A DNA stretch of 46,559 nucleotides from a virus (taxonomy: Duplodnaviria; Caudoviricetes). The stretch lies in the IMG/VR virus record IMGVR_UViG_3300020042_005148, positions 1 to 46,559 of that record. One strand, written 5' to 3'. The position numbers were made by a program, and so were the translations under genes. The notes beneath the pieces are model-generated. The model did not search any database. It worked only from the letters and a program-made list of their open reading frames with translations, and had not been told where the DNA came from. Positions 45,374-46,559 of the stretch are shown here, piece after piece; positions within the stretch are counted from its first letter, which is position 1, and each line of letters begins with the position of its first letter.

Positions 45374-46220
45374 CCTCCCACAATCAGTTCTCTCTGGTGT
45401 CAACGTCCTGGTCGAGGGGGCCACCGGCACAGGCAAAACCTATTCCCTCGGAACCCTGGCCGACACAGGCGTCGAACTATTCTGCCTGTTCACGGAGTCC
45501 GGCGTCGAAACCCTCGTAGGCTATTGGACAGACCGCGGGCTTCCCGTTCCCCCGAATGTCCACTGGCACGTACTCCCCCGTCCCACCGGATCTTTTGAAA
45601 CCCTCGCAGCTTCCGCCCTGTCCATCAACACGATGACACAGGAATCGCTGCACAAAATGCAGGACCCCAATCGTGCCAAGCACAACCAGTTCGTTGGACT
45701 ACTTAAATCTTTGGCGGATTTTCCGGATGATAGAACTGGTACGCGGTACGGTGCTGTCGATTCTTGGGGACCCGACAAGTGCCTCGCTATCGACTCCCTC
45801 ACGGGCATCAATCCAATTGCCCTATCCCTGGTCGTTGGAGGAAAGCCGGTCAAGAGTCAGGCCGACTGGGGTATCGCTCAGGATCAAATTGAAAAACTCA
45901 TCCGGCAACTTACCGATGGATGTCGATGTCACTTTGTCCTCACCGCCCATGTCGAAAGAGAAGTTGACCAGGTATTTGGAGGAGTTAAGATTACTGTCTC
46001 TACACTTGGAAGAGCACTCGCACCTAAAATTCCGCCCATGTTCTCCGACGTTGTCCTCTCCTACCGAGAAGGCACCAAGTTCTTCTGGTCAACCGCGAAC
46101 CCGCAAGCGGACCTCAAAGCCCGCAACCTCCCCATTGCCGACGGTCTCTCCCAAGACTTCAAAGCGATTATCGACAAGTGGCTCTCGCGTGGTGGTAAGT
46201 TCACGGCGAAAGTCAATTAA
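45366..46220 (+). CDS. AAA_24 / Sak4-like ATPase
   Basis: GATGTGKT Walker A, LAIDSLT Walker B, TAH; beside nuclease and SSB-like genes. Confidence 0.82.
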   Translation: MSDLPQSVLSGVNVLVEGATGTGKTYSLGTLADTGVELFCLFTESGVETLVGYWTDRGLPVPPNVHWHVLPRPTGSFETLAASALSINTMTQESLHKMQDPNRAKHNQFVGLLKSLADFPDDRTGTRYGAVDSWGPDKCLAIDSLTGINPIALSLVVGGKPVKSQADWGIAQDQIEKLIRQLTDGCRCHFVLTAHVEREVDQVFGGVKITVSTLGRALAPKIPPMFSDVVLSYREGTKFFWSTANPQADLKARNLPIADGLSQDFKAIIDKWLSRGGKFTAKVN

Positions 46221-46232
46221 GAAGTAACCCAG

Positions 46233-46427
46233 ATGAAGACAGGAAAATGGTGTGTCTCAGCCAATTGGGGCCTCTATAACCACATCGTCCGATCAGACCT
46301 GACTTCGTACAAGCAGGCAGTTGAGTTTGCCGAATCGTACAAGGACAGATGGCTTCGTGTGCGCCGCCGACTCCCTGGTCGGAAGGCTCCCGAGGTCAAC
46401 GTCTGGCAGCTCCATCATCAGATTTAG
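46233..46427 (+). CDS. Small hypothetical protein
   Basis: Fills the gap between ATPase and SSB-like genes; weak RBS. Confidence 0.4.
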   Translation: MKTGKWCVSANWGLYNHIVRSDLTSYKQAVEFAESYKDRWLRVRRRLPGRKAPEVNVWQLHHQI

Positions 46428-46438
46428 CGAACGTGCAG

Positions 46439-46559
46439 CGCTAAAGACCCAACCTCACTGCACACTGTAAGGAACCAAGTAACATGATCAGCAATTTCGA
46501 TCCAAGCGCCTTTCTCGACGCAACCACAACCGAAGTCAACTCCAAGCGCAACCCGATTC
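46439..46559. repeat. Terminal direct repeat, copy 2
   Basis: Identical to 1-121. Confidence 0.95.

Noticed and set aside
31000-46400. Apparent switch from G-rich to C-rich plus strand as an origin marker
   Set aside because: Only a visual impression; the switch point could not be placed without computing cumulative skew

Overview
The window is an apparently complete, circularly assembled dsDNA tailed-phage genome of about 46.4 kb; bases 1-121 recur exactly at 46439-46559. It has podovirus-type (P22/BPP-1-like) architecture and shows no integrase, repressor cassette, RNA polymerase, tRNA, CRISPR or reverse transcriptase, so it is probably lytic on a diderm host. The + strand (37667 through the junction to 6587) carries small early genes, a PD-(D/E)XK nuclease / AAA ATPase / SSB-like recombination trio, a ParB-methyltransferase, a UDG-PolA fusion, a DUF3987-type ATPase and a TPR-GT2 glycosyltransferase. 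The - strand (36943 to 6579) carries packaging, head, tail, ejection, three receptor-binding proteins and lysis genes. Most notable: (1) a three-repeat Cys adaptor next to three fibres/spikes sharing one N-terminal anchor; (2) Gly-Pro-Thr collagen fibres together with a protein-O-glycosyltransferase-like enzyme; (3) a 2374-aa ejection protein containing a GHKL ATPase and two HExxH motifs; (4) a replisome with no visible primase, whose PolA has altered nucleotide-selection residues, plus a 170-bp palindromic origin candidate; (5) a shared DxDxLLxxL tail motif on several proteins; (6) a consensus sigma54 site facing the late genes. All calls come from motif reading and synteny; no database searches were run.
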